Assembly (NCBI RefSeq): GCF_018398935.1
Contig: NZ_CP074694.1
Span: 3,120,001-3,152,000, forward strand
Source of the DNA: Telmatocola sphagniphila
GTDB taxonomy: Bacteria; Planctomycetota; Planctomycetia; Gemmatales; Gemmataceae
Length of the DNA stretch: 32,000 nt
Direction of reading: 5' to 3'
Part shown: piece after piece, positions 8,645 to 17,021 of the stretch
How the letters are laid out: every line of letters starts with the position of its first letter
Numbering within the stretch: the stretch's first letter is position 1
Notes under the pieces: generated by a model
Databases searched by the model: none
What the model was told of the DNA's origin: nothing
What the model saw: the letters and a program-made list of their open reading frames with translations, nothing else
Position numbers and translations under genes: made by a program

Positions 8645-10153
8645 TTATTCCTCCTCCGCACGCTGGCCGAGCTTCTTCAGTTTTTTCTCCAGGGCATCCG
8701 GTTTCATCTCCAGAATCTCGGCGGCCTTCGAAATATCGCCGTCCGCCCGAGCCAGAGCATCCTTTATTTTATCCTGCAGCTTCCAGTCCTGAATCATGCG
8801 GTAAAGCGTTCGCTCTCCGATTCCCAGCATCCGCGCGGCTTCCTCCCGCTTCCCTTCCGTCAGATCGAGAGCCCGCTCCATGTAATAGCGCTCCACTTCG
8901 CTCATCGGCCGGCCAATCAGGTGATCGGCCCCGACGCTCACGCTGTTTCCGATCGCTGACCCCATCAGGCTATCGAAATCCTGCACGTCATCCTTACCGA
9001 GTATGCCATCGTGGTCTTGAACCACCATGCTCTCGATGAGATTTCGTAATTCCCGAACGTTTCCCGGCCAGTTGTAAATGGTGAACGCCTTTTTCACTTC
9101 CTCCGAGATGCCCTTGACGTGACAACCATGACGCTGATTCATCTCCTTGATGAAATGGGCACATAACAGGGGAATATCTTCCTTTCGTTCTCTCAGAGCC
9201 GGCAGTCGAACCGTACCGACCTTCAAGCGAAAATAGAGATCCTGCCGGAACTTTCCCTCAGCGATCATCGCTTCGAGATTCCGGTTGGTTGCCGCTACCA
9301 GTCGCACATCGATTTTGATGACTTCGTTGGAACCGATCCGGCTCACTTCCGAATTTTCCAGAACCCGCAGCAACTTGGCTTGCAGGTTTAAGGGCATGTC
9401 GCCGATTTCGTCGAGAAACAGCGTACCGCCATTGGCGTACTCGAAACGTCCTTTGCGGAGCTTATCCGCCCCCGTGAACGCACCCGGTTCATGTCCGAAC
9501 ATCTCGTCGTCGAGAAGATTGTCATTTAAGGCCGCACAGTTCATGGCGACAAAGGGCTTTGCCTTTCTGGGGCTGTTAACATGCAGGGCTTTCGCGGCCA
9601 GTTCCTTACCGGTACCGTTCTCACCGAAAATCAGAACGGTGGCTTTGGTGTTTGCAAACGCTTTGAGCCGATTGATGACTTCATTCATCTTCGGGCTGAT
9701 GCCGATGACCCCTTCGTAGCCGAATTTTTCATCCAACCTCTTCTGCAGTTCACGATTAATGCGAGCGAGCCGGGCTTTTTCCGCGCAGGAATCGACCACG
9801 GCCCGCAACTGAGCCAGATCGAGCGGCTTCTCGAGGTACTTGGCCGCCCCTTCCTTCCAGGCTTCCATCACGGTCTTCTTGTCCCCGTCGCCGGTGATGA
9901 CGATGACCTCAACTCCCGATTTCTTGGGATCGATCTTCCGCAGAATCATCAAACCATCCAGATCGCCCAGTCTCAAGTCGGTAAGAACGATATCGAAAGA
10001 CTCGTTCTCGAAGATCTTCATCCCTTCTTTGCCACTATGAGCCAGAGTGCACTCATAACCCGAGCGGGAAAGGCTTTCGGAGATCGTTTCTGCCAGGAAC
10101 TTTTCATCGTCGATAACCAGGACGCGAATCGGTTCATCGAGGGGTGTTGACAT
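8645..10153 (-). CDS. sigma-54-dependent response regulator (REC + AAA+ + Fis-type HTH, NtrC family)
   Basis: REC domain: RVLVIDDE...DIVLTDLRLGDLDG...KYLEKP. AAA+ domain: GENGTGKE, GAFTGA, TLFLDEIGDM. HTH: AARMLGIGERTLYRMI. The ATG at 10153 (MSTPLDEP) is preferred over the TTG at 10177. Confidence 0.9.
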   Translation of the reverse strand: MSTPLDEPIRVLVIDDEKFLAETISESLSRSGYECTLAHSGKEGMKIFENESFDIVLTDLRLGDLDGLMILRKIDPKKSGVEVIVITGDGDKKTVMEAWKEGAAKYLEKPLDLAQLRAVVDSCAEKARLARINRELQKRLDEKFGYEGVIGISPKMNEVINRLKAFANTKATVLIFGENGTGKELAAKALHVNSPRKAKPFVAMNCAALNDNLLDDEMFGHEPGAFTGADKLRKGRFEYANGGTLFLDEIGDMPLNLQAKLLRVLENSEVSRIGSNEVIKIDVRLVAATNRNLEAMIAEGKFRQDLYFRLKVGTVRLPALRERKEDIPLLCAHFIKEMNQRHGCHVKGISEEVKKAFTIYNWPGNVRELRNLIESMVVQDHDGILGKDDVQDFDSLMGSAIGNSVSVGADHLIGRPMSEVERYYMERALDLTEGKREEAARMLGIGERTLYRMIQDWKLQDKIKDALARADGDISKAAEILEMKPDALEKKLKKLGQRAEEE

Positions 10154-10184
10154 GTTTTCGCTCGAATTCTTCTGCAAACAATCT

Positions 10185-10217
10185 AATCATGCTATGATTC
10201 AACTGCCATATTGGCAG
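10185..10217. promoter_or_regulatory. two adjacent 6-3-6 palindromes (AATCAT-GCT-ATGATT and CTGCCA-TAT-TGGCAG)
   Basis: Read directly from the sequence at 10185-10199 and 10203-10217, in the divergent region between the sigma-54 regulator and the HD-GYP gene. Confidence 0.35.
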
Positions 10218-10326
10218 CTTCTCTAAGATTAAGCCTTCGTAATTCAAGTCCAGCGCACCGGGTGTCGATCTTACAACTGATGCGATTGTTAGAACCGTTA
10301 AACTTTATCGATCGAAGCGAACACCC

Positions 10327-11682
10327 ATGACGGATACGCGTGCTCTCTTGAACCGCATCTCCGCCTTCCGACAGCGGCTGGAGCAAATGCCGCGCCTGCT
10401 TCCTGATAGAAGTAGTCTTCGCAGTGAGTTGCCCGAATATCCGGTAGCGGAAAGTGCCCCGGATGAGAAACCCGAAGTGCCCGGCCGCCTCGGAACCCGA
10501 GCCCGCCAAGCCTTGGATGAAGCCCGCGGCCTTGTAACTGAACTCCGCAAACTCACACAGCATGCCCTGCTCGATTCTCCACAACCTTTCATTGAGCGGG
10601 AAGAACTTCTCGAACATCATCGCGAAACCACGGCGCTCCTGAACGGCGCAATTCGGATGATCCGCTATCTCCCGGAGCCACCCGACGAACAGTGGCTCTG
10701 GTGCGAATCGCTCGAAGCTAGTCTCAATGCCGTACGTTACCGTCTGGCGGTATGGAAGGCCTGCCTCGATCGACTGGGAAGCGAGAGGCTGTTGCTCCAC
10801 AACGTGGCCGTGCTTCTGAATGACATTCACCACACGCAAACGATCGAGCCGGATCGTTTTTCTGCCCTCGTCGATCTGTTCCTGCAGGAATCGACCTCGA
10901 CCTCACTCACCTGGCTGGAAGTCTCCTCCGAAGATCCGGCCAGTTTCATTGCTCGCCACACGATATTACGTTGCCGGGTCCTCCGAAGGATGGCCTCTAA
11001 ACAGGATCCAGAATTTCTGAGAAAACTCCTGGCCGCTGGCTTGCTTTGCGATGTGGCCATGTTGCGTCTCCCTGCCGGTCTGCTGTCTAAATCGGACAGC
11101 TTGTCTGTGGAAGATCGCCAGCTCATCGAATCGCATCCTTTGCGTAGCGCGGAAATGATTCGTAAAAGCCTGCCTTACCTAACCGAGGTAGCCGAGATAG
11201 TGACCGAACATCACGAACGGGACAACGGCACGGGCTATCCAAACTCCTGGAAAAAAGAACAGCTGAAAGCGGAATCGCGCTGGCTGGCAATTGCCGACCA
11301 GTACTCGGCCCTGATCGAAGATCGACCCTACCGCCCCGGTTGCGATCCGCGCACGGCCGTGACCGATCTTCTTCTTCAGATGGAACAGGGAATTTTCGAC
11401 AGCCGGCTAGCATCCGCGTTACTGGAAATCGGCTTGTATCCGATTGGTTCGGCGGTGGAACTCTCGGATGGCAGTCTCGCCGTCGTTCTGGGTCATCCCC
11501 GAATTGAAAATCAACTCGCCAAACCGCTTATTGGCGTACTCACCGACGACGAAGGTCGCTTTTATCCGACCTTGAAAATTTTGGATTTGATCAGTTCCCC
11601 CGGTTGCTCGATCGTACGCACCTTACCGAAGGCCGAACGTCGGAAGAAGCTCTCGCGACAACATCTCGACTGGGCCCTCTAA
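10327..11682 (+). CDS. HD-GYP domain protein (degenerate HD dyad) with unknown ~230-aa N-terminal region
   Basis: The C-terminal half aligns by eye to the HD-GYP consensus: ARHTILRC, LLCDVAMLRLPAGLLSK, ESHPLRSAEMI, HHERDNGTGYP, LAIADQYSAL..RPYR. Confidence 0.8.
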   Translation: MTDTRALLNRISAFRQRLEQMPRLLPDRSSLRSELPEYPVAESAPDEKPEVPGRLGTRARQALDEARGLVTELRKLTQHALLDSPQPFIEREELLEHHRETTALLNGAIRMIRYLPEPPDEQWLWCESLEASLNAVRYRLAVWKACLDRLGSERLLLHNVAVLLNDIHHTQTIEPDRFSALVDLFLQESTSTSLTWLEVSSEDPASFIARHTILRCRVLRRMASKQDPEFLRKLLAAGLLCDVAMLRLPAGLLSKSDSLSVEDRQLIESHPLRSAEMIRKSLPYLTEVAEIVTEHHERDNGTGYPNSWKKEQLKAESRWLAIADQYSALIEDRPYRPGCDPRTAVTDLLLQMEQGIFDSRLASALLEIGLYPIGSAVELSDGSLAVVLGHPRIENQLAKPLIGVLTDDEGRFYPTLKILDLISSPGCSIVRTLPKAERRKKLSRQHLDWAL

Positions 11683-11683
11683 G

Positions 11684-12418
11684 ATGTGGAGTTATCTGCG
11701 ATCGACCCATCATCCCTGGCCTTGCCTACTCTTTCTGCTGCCGCTTCTGGTCGCTTATGAATTTGGCGTATTCTATCTGGGCGGCGCTCAGGCCGATGCT
11801 ATGCGGAATGGCGCCGATTCCTGGATTCGCTGGGGCTTACAGTACTTTGGCGTGCGGGAGTTTCTGGCCGCTCCGATCCTGATCCTCGCCGTCTTTCTGC
11901 TCTGGACTTTTTTTAAGTGGAGCGAACGCCCGGAAGACACGCTCGGTATCATTTTCACGATGATTTTTGAGAGTATCGGCTACGGCCTGGGACTCTGGTG
12001 CATCAGCCAGGCCTTCGTGCCGTTTTTGCAATCTCTAGGTGTCACGCTGGGCGTTCAGATTCACCTCACCGACGAAAGTCTAGCTCGACTGGTCACCTTC
12101 ATTGGGGCGGGCATCTATGAAGAAACGATTTTCCGACTATTGCTGCTCAATGCGCTGGTCCTGATCCTGAAATTCGTATTCATCCCCCGTGTCTTTGCAA
12201 TGTTTTTGGCGGCCGTTATTTCTTCCATTCTCTTTGCGGCCGCACATCATATCGGGGAGTATGGCGAGCAGACGATTAACAAAGCGTATTTTCTGTTTCG
12301 AGTTACGGCCGGGCTCTATTTCGCGGCCATCTACTGGATCCGAGGATTTGGCGTCGCAGTCGGGGCGCATGCCATGTACGACGTGATGGTAGGCATTCCC
12401 TGGAAAGTCACCGAATAA
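11684..12418 (+). CDS. CPBP family intramembrane glutamic endopeptidase (CAAX protease-like)
   Basis: Polytopic membrane protein with YEETIFRLLL (EExxxR motif), FAAAH and a later HAMYD. Its start is 1 nt after the HD-GYP stop. Confidence 0.8.
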   Translation: MWSYLRSTHHPWPCLLFLLPLLVAYEFGVFYLGGAQADAMRNGADSWIRWGLQYFGVREFLAAPILILAVFLLWTFFKWSERPEDTLGIIFTMIFESIGYGLGLWCISQAFVPFLQSLGVTLGVQIHLTDESLARLVTFIGAGIYEETIFRLLLLNALVLILKFVFIPRVFAMFLAAVISSILFAAAHHIGEYGEQTINKAYFLFRVTAGLYFAAIYWIRGFGVAVGAHAMYDVMVGIPWKVTE

Positions 12419-12451
12419 GCGAGATTTTAGGGCACTCAAGTCAAAAATGGC

Positions 12452-12970
12452 TTAACTCACAGCGGCTATCCGCAACGCCCCTATCACCAGCCCTCGTTTT
12501 TGGCCTTGTACGATCGCAATTTCTTTCAGATGACCAACGACTTCAAAACCCAGGCTGTCATTGATGCGTTTGGTACCTTCGTTGTGATCGAAGTACATAC
12601 TCAACAGTGTGGTCACGCCTAGTCTCGGGCAGTGCTCAATCATTTTCTTTTTGAGATACCGCCCCAGCCCCCGTTTGTGAAAGGCCGTGGCGATGTAGAG
12701 GCTTACTTCGGCCGTCGCGTCATATGCGGGTCGCCCAGCGTAAAACGAAACCAAGCCGATCCAGGCGGCGATTTGGCCATCGATTTCCGCCACCCAGATC
12801 GGTCGTCGGGCCGGATCGAACTTGCGAAACCACTCGAGCCGTTCCTCGACAGTCACCGGCTTCGTATCCGCTGTCGACCAGCCGCCCGGAATCGATTGAT
12901 TGTAAATATCTACGATCGCCTGAAGATCGGCCTCCACCGCGTCTCGTAGGTGAATATTAGTCTCATCCAT
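12452..12970 (-). CDS. GNAT family N-acetyltransferase (phosphinothricin-acetyltransferase-like)
   Basis: MDETNIHLRDAVEADLQAIVDIYNQSI...WVAEIDGQIAAWIGL...HKRGLGRYLKKKMIEH shows the GNAT Q/RxxGxG/A-type motif. The ATG at 12970 is chosen; the longer 13117 ORF would run into maf. Confidence 0.8.
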   Translation of the reverse strand: MDETNIHLRDAVEADLQAIVDIYNQSIPGGWSTADTKPVTVEERLEWFRKFDPARRPIWVAEIDGQIAAWIGLVSFYAGRPAYDATAEVSLYIATAFHKRGLGRYLKKKMIEHCPRLGVTTLLSMYFDHNEGTKRINDSLGFEVVGHLKEIAIVQGQKRGLVIGALRIAAVS

Positions 12971-13058
12971 CCGCACTGCCGCCTGCAACGTTAAGTCGAT
13001 AAATGAATCGCGTCTTCCACAATTTATAGCAAGCGATCCCCAAAGTGAGCGGCGATAA

Positions 13059-13655
13059 TCAACGCGGGATAGCCAGCCATTCGAAGGTTCTTTCCAGCGA
13101 TTCCATCGGTAAGCCAATCACATTCGAAAGCGATCCGCGAACGATTTTCAAATAAGGATCTTTCTCTTCTTTAATGGCATAGGCCCCGGAGCAACCTTCC
13201 CACTGCCGGGTGTCGAGATAAGTTTCAATCTCGATCGGCGACAGTTCCCTCATCTCGACCAGCGAAAGTTCTTGATACTGAAATTGGAATCTATCTGAAA
13301 CTCGCCAAAGACAGACACCGGTCCAGAGTTCATGTACGCGACCGGAGAGAAGCCTCAAAATTCGCCGCGCATCATCTCGATCCAGAGGTTTGCCAATTAC
13401 AGAATTATCGATCCAGCCGACCGTATCGGCCGCCAGGATAAAACCGTTGTCGACCTTCTCAGACTTAGCCACGGCCGCCGCTTTCAACCAGGCCACTTCC
13501 TGAACGTACTGCTGACAGGAAGAGTAACGGGCCTCGGTCGGCTCTTCCGCATTGGAAGGTTGAATATCGAAATGGTAGCCGGCATTTTCCAGAAGATAAC
13601 GACGACCAATCGAACCGCTGGCCAGAGTCAGGCGGAATGGGAGATGTTTTGCCAT
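13059..13655 (-). CDS. maf: Maf family nucleoside triphosphate pyrophosphatase
   Basis: LTLASGSIGRRYLLENAGYHF...ILAADTV...GKP...GAYAIKE...GSLSNVIGLP is the typical Maf/YhdE pattern. Confidence 0.85.
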   Translation of the reverse strand: MAKHLPFRLTLASGSIGRRYLLENAGYHFDIQPSNAEEPTEARYSSCQQYVQEVAWLKAAAVAKSEKVDNGFILAADTVGWIDNSVIGKPLDRDDARRILRLLSGRVHELWTGVCLWRVSDRFQFQYQELSLVEMRELSPIEIETYLDTRQWEGCSGAYAIKEEKDPYLKIVRGSLSNVIGLPMESLERTFEWLAIPR

Positions 13656-14707
13656 GCCTCGAGCACCTTCACGAGTTTATTCCAGAGCAGTTCCGGTTGG
13701 AGGTCGTCCATGCAGATCATCCGGTCGCAATTCCGAATGTAACTCCCCGCACAGAAGACTCGCGTTTGAACGGCCCTTTCGAATTGGTCGAACGGTCCAT
13801 GCAGTTCGACCTTGGTGCAAGTATACGGAGCCACCACCGGCCTGCCCAAGGCTGCGGCCAGGTGCAACGGGCCGCTGTCGTTGCTGACAATCGAATCCAT
13901 CCGATTCAGAAACGCTGCCAGCTCCGGCAAATTTGTCGATCCAATCTTATTAACGCATTTTCCCTGCAACCGACTTTGCAGCGACCGGGCTAACTCGGTA
14001 TCCTCACTCCCACCGAAAAGGAAAGCAGTGCCCCCGAAGCGTCGGTGAACTCGATTGGCCAGCTCAGCATAGTGCTCCACCGGCCAGCATTTGGTTGACC
14101 ATCGAGAGCCGGGTGCCAGCCCGATCCAGGGACGGGGGTAAGCGAGCAGTTGGGAATCGATGATTTGCTGATTCTGGGGTGAGATCGACAGGCGAAATTT
14201 TTTCGGCAGACGGCCTACGCCCAGGGCCTCTGCGAAAATCCAGTTCCGCTCCACGGCGTGCTGTTCCAGCAGGCCTGGAGCCGGAAGGATGTCGGTATAA
14301 AAGTTTCGTGCCCCCTCGCGGGCATTGGAAAGCCCAACTCGTCGAGTGGCTGAGGTAAATCGAGCCATCAACCCGCTGCGCAACAGTCCCTGCAGATCGA
14401 GAGCAAGATCGAATCGTCGTTTTCGCAGTTCTTTGGCAAATTGAAGGCTGTAGCTCAGAGCGGTGCTCAGTCCTTTTTTCATCGCCCCGCGATCGAAGGG
14501 CATCACGTCATTTAAAGCCGGATGATTTTCAATTAGGGCCCGATAGCTTTTGTTGATGACCCAGACGATTTCAGCCGACGGATAGCGAATGCGAACCGCT
14601 TCCAGGACGGGCAAAGCGTGCACCACATCCCCCAGCGCACTGGGTTTGATGAAGGCGATGCGTTTCGCCTCGTAGTCGGTCAGTGGAACGTTCTGCTTCA
14701 TTGCCAT
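13628..14707 (-). CDS. glycosyltransferase family 9 (heptosyltransferase-like)
   Basis: IAFIKPSALGDVVHALPVLEAVR...WPVEHYAELA...GGSED...VSNDSGPLHLAAALGRPVV is the GT9 pattern. The 3' end overlaps the maf start by 28 nt. Confidence 0.85.
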   Translation of the reverse strand: MAMKQNVPLTDYEAKRIAFIKPSALGDVVHALPVLEAVRIRYPSAEIVWVINKSYRALIENHPALNDVMPFDRGAMKKGLSTALSYSLQFAKELRKRRFDLALDLQGLLRSGLMARFTSATRRVGLSNAREGARNFYTDILPAPGLLEQHAVERNWIFAEALGVGRLPKKFRLSISPQNQQIIDSQLLAYPRPWIGLAPGSRWSTKCWPVEHYAELANRVHRRFGGTAFLFGGSEDTELARSLQSRLQGKCVNKIGSTNLPELAAFLNRMDSIVSNDSGPLHLAAALGRPVVAPYTCTKVELHGPFDQFERAVQTRVFCAGSYIRNCDRMICMDDLQPELLWNKLVKVLEAWQNISHSA

Positions 14708-14731
14708 CCTGGCAGGTGGAGGATTCCTCGG

Positions 14732-16027
14732 TTATACTCGATTTAGTCTCTGCGCGAGAAGAGCAACCAGCACCAGAAGTCCCGCCGAAAACAAATAAGG
14801 GGCTATTAAGCTGAATGGCTGCAAGGACAATCCCAAGAGCGGGCCAAGAATTCGGGCCAGTGCCGAGAAAGACTGGTTTACCCCCAGGACCTCTCCCTGC
14901 CTCTGCGGATCGCTCCGCCGCGAGATGAGAGCTTGCACCGAAGGGGTCAGAAAAGCGAACCCAAACACGGTCACTGCAAGTGCAAACAGGAAACTGATCG
15001 GCAGAAGGGATTCCGCGAGTTTTCCAATCTGTTCGACAAAACCGGTGATAGCGGAGATCAGAACCATCCCAGCAAAAAGCAGAATCAATCCAGTACGCAA
15101 CAGACGGATTTCGTCCCAGGTTTTTGACAGTTTGCGGTAGAAATAGCCCTGGGCCAGCATCAGCATGAAGCCAATGTAGGCAAATAGCAGATAATTCGAT
15201 TTTTCGCCGTAACCGAGTGCCTTTTGCGTCAAAAGCGACAGCGTTCCTTCGAAGCCGGCGAATGCAAAAGTCGCCAGGAAGAAAATCAGAACCAGGGAGC
15301 CAATGCTCGGCAAGTAAAGCGTCTCCAGAAGTCGACGCAAATTGAGCCAACTGCGATGTTCGCCCGATTTACCCAGAACCCGGGTTTCGGGCAATTTCAC
15401 ATAGCCATAGATAAATGCCAGAAGGGATAGGATCGCTGCAAGATAGCCCGGACCGCCCCGATATTGCGGGGCAAGCGATACTCCGGCCCAGGCGATCAAA
15501 GGTCCAAAAGTAAATCCGATACCGAATGCCGCACCGATGAGAGCCATACCGCGAGACCGATTTTCCCGGGTGGTGCAATCGGCAATCACCGCCTGAGCCG
15601 TCGCAATCGTGGCTCCGGCGATACCAGCCCCGCAACGGGCCAGGAACATGAACATCAAAGCGAGCTTCGCCTGTTGGCTTCCCAATTCGGAAGCAAAACC
15701 GAATGCGGCGTAGGACAGAACCGAACCAGCCAATCCAATGAGCAAAACCGGTCGGCGACCGATCCGATCAGAAAGACGTCCCCAGAGCGGAGCAAAGATA
15801 AATTGCATGGCCGAGAAGGAACAGTACAGTACCGCGATAATCAGCCCGCTGACGCTTTCCGAATAGTTCAACGGCTTTGTGTATTCCTCGGCATAGCGGG
15901 GCAGCAGCGGAATAACGATGCCGAAACCGAGTAAGTCGATAAAGACTACCAGAAAGACGATGATCAGCGCGGTTCGCGCAGATCGGGGAGCAGGAGTTTC
16001 TTGTTCAGAATTGGGAGACTGATTCAT
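14732..16027 (-). CDS. MFS transporter
   Basis: About 12 predicted TM helices with FIDLLGFGIVIPLLP and GRLSDRIGRRPVLL (MFS loop 2-3 motif). The ATG at 16027 (MNQSPNSEQ) is preferred to the 16192 ORF start. Confidence 0.85.
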   Translation of the reverse strand: MNQSPNSEQETPAPRSARTALIIVFLVVFIDLLGFGIVIPLLPRYAEEYTKPLNYSESVSGLIIAVLYCSFSAMQFIFAPLWGRLSDRIGRRPVLLIGLAGSVLSYAAFGFASELGSQQAKLALMFMFLARCGAGIAGATIATAQAVIADCTTRENRSRGMALIGAAFGIGFTFGPLIAWAGVSLAPQYRGGPGYLAAILSLLAFIYGYVKLPETRVLGKSGEHRSWLNLRRLLETLYLPSIGSLVLIFFLATFAFAGFEGTLSLLTQKALGYGEKSNYLLFAYIGFMLMLAQGYFYRKLSKTWDEIRLLRTGLILLFAGMVLISAITGFVEQIGKLAESLLPISFLFALAVTVFGFAFLTPSVQALISRRSDPQRQGEVLGVNQSFSALARILGPLLGLSLQPFSLIAPYLFSAGLLVLVALLAQRLNRV

Positions 16028-16202
16028 ATATCGTCTAAGGAGATCCAACGAGTGTACCGGACAGTAAATGATAGCGAGATCCAGTGGTAAATTCCCTCCC
16101 CGAATGTGGTTTCTAACAAAATGTGGGCGACATTTCGTTCGCAATCCGGACGGCCAGTTGCGAAAATAAAAATCTATCCCGTACTTAACCACTTAAATTG
16201 CG

Positions 16203-17018
16203 ATGAAATCTCCCACACAAAACGATCCCTCGAGCGAAACCAGTTTTCTGGTAATCGACACGGAAAGTGTTCCGGACGGGAAGTTGATCGGCTTGGTCAA
16301 GTATCCCGATGAGATGCTGACTCCTGAGAAAGCGATCGAGAAAGCTCGCCAGGAAGCCATCGAGAATTCCTACAACGGTTCCGATTTCCTACCGGTGACT
16401 TTTCAGATACCCGTTTCCGTTTGCGTTGCACGGGTGGGTGAAGATTTCAGTCTGCAATCGGTGCGTTGCATCGATGCTCCGCGCTTTCGCACTCGGGAAA
16501 TTGTCAAATTATTCTGGGCCGGTATCGACAAGTACAAGGGAGCCCGACTCGTAACCTTCAATGGTCGCGGCTTCGATTTGCCTTTACTAGAACTGGCCGC
16601 TTTTCGCTACGGTCTGTCGATGCCCATGTATTACAAGAAACGCAACCGGTACACCGGCGGCGACATCGACCTCATGGACTGGATCACCAATTTCGGTGCC
16701 TACCGTTTCCCCGGCGGACTCGATCTGCTCGCGAAATTATTGGGAAAACCGGGAAAAATGGGAGGCATCGCCGGTCATCGGGTCTACGAGTTCTACCAGA
16801 ACGAAGAGTTTCAGAAGATCAACGACTACTGCATGTGGGATACGCTCGACACTTACTTCGTGTTTTTGCGTTCTCGCGTGATGACGGGCGATATCAAATT
16901 GGAAGAAGAGTCCGAACTGATCGGCAGAGCCAAAGACTTGCTGGCTCGACAAATCCCGGAAAACCCCGCCCTGGGTGAATATCTGGCGAACTGGCGGGAA
17001 CAACCCGGCTGGCCTTAG
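16203..17018 (+). CDS. 3'-5' exonuclease related to the PolB exonuclease domain (COG3298-type)
   Basis: FLVIDTESVPDG (ExoI-like), LVTFNGRGFDLPLLE (ExoII-like) and YCMWDTLDTYFVFLR (ExoIII-like). Confidence 0.78.
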   Translation: MKSPTQNDPSSETSFLVIDTESVPDGKLIGLVKYPDEMLTPEKAIEKARQEAIENSYNGSDFLPVTFQIPVSVCVARVGEDFSLQSVRCIDAPRFRTREIVKLFWAGIDKYKGARLVTFNGRGFDLPLLELAAFRYGLSMPMYYKKRNRYTGGDIDLMDWITNFGAYRFPGGLDLLAKLLGKPGKMGGIAGHRVYEFYQNEEFQKINDYCMWDTLDTYFVFLRSRVMTGDIKLEEESELIGRAKDLLARQIPENPALGEYLANWREQPGWP

Positions 17019-17021
17019 CGT

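Noticed and set aside
10203-10225. Sigma-54 promoter candidates containing TGGCA: TTGGCAGCTTCTCTAAG at 10211, TGGCACATCCATTAAA at ~1724, CTGGCAGCGATC on the minus strand at ~29440.
   Set aside because: None has the TTGC(A/T) -12 element at the required 5-nt spacing. The 1724 site is inside coding sequence with no downstream gene on that strand.
10192-10839. Long ORFs antisense to or out of frame with confident genes. Examples: 10192..10839, 14571..15350, 22902..23630, 23691..24248, 30359..31123, 3296..3796, 991..1449, 8602..9039, 9581..10150, 21399..22001.
   Set aside because: They overlap genes with clear family motifs and have Arg/Gly/Pro/Ser-rich or otherwise implausible composition. Shadow ORFs of this kind are expected at this GC content.
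16041-16135. Short repeats in the MFS/exonuclease divergent region: GAGATCCA x2, AATGTGG x2, and AAATGT-N5-ACATTT.
   Set aside because: All are 6-8 nt, and that many short matches are expected by chance in a 175-nt AT-richer region. I cannot assess conservation for any of them.
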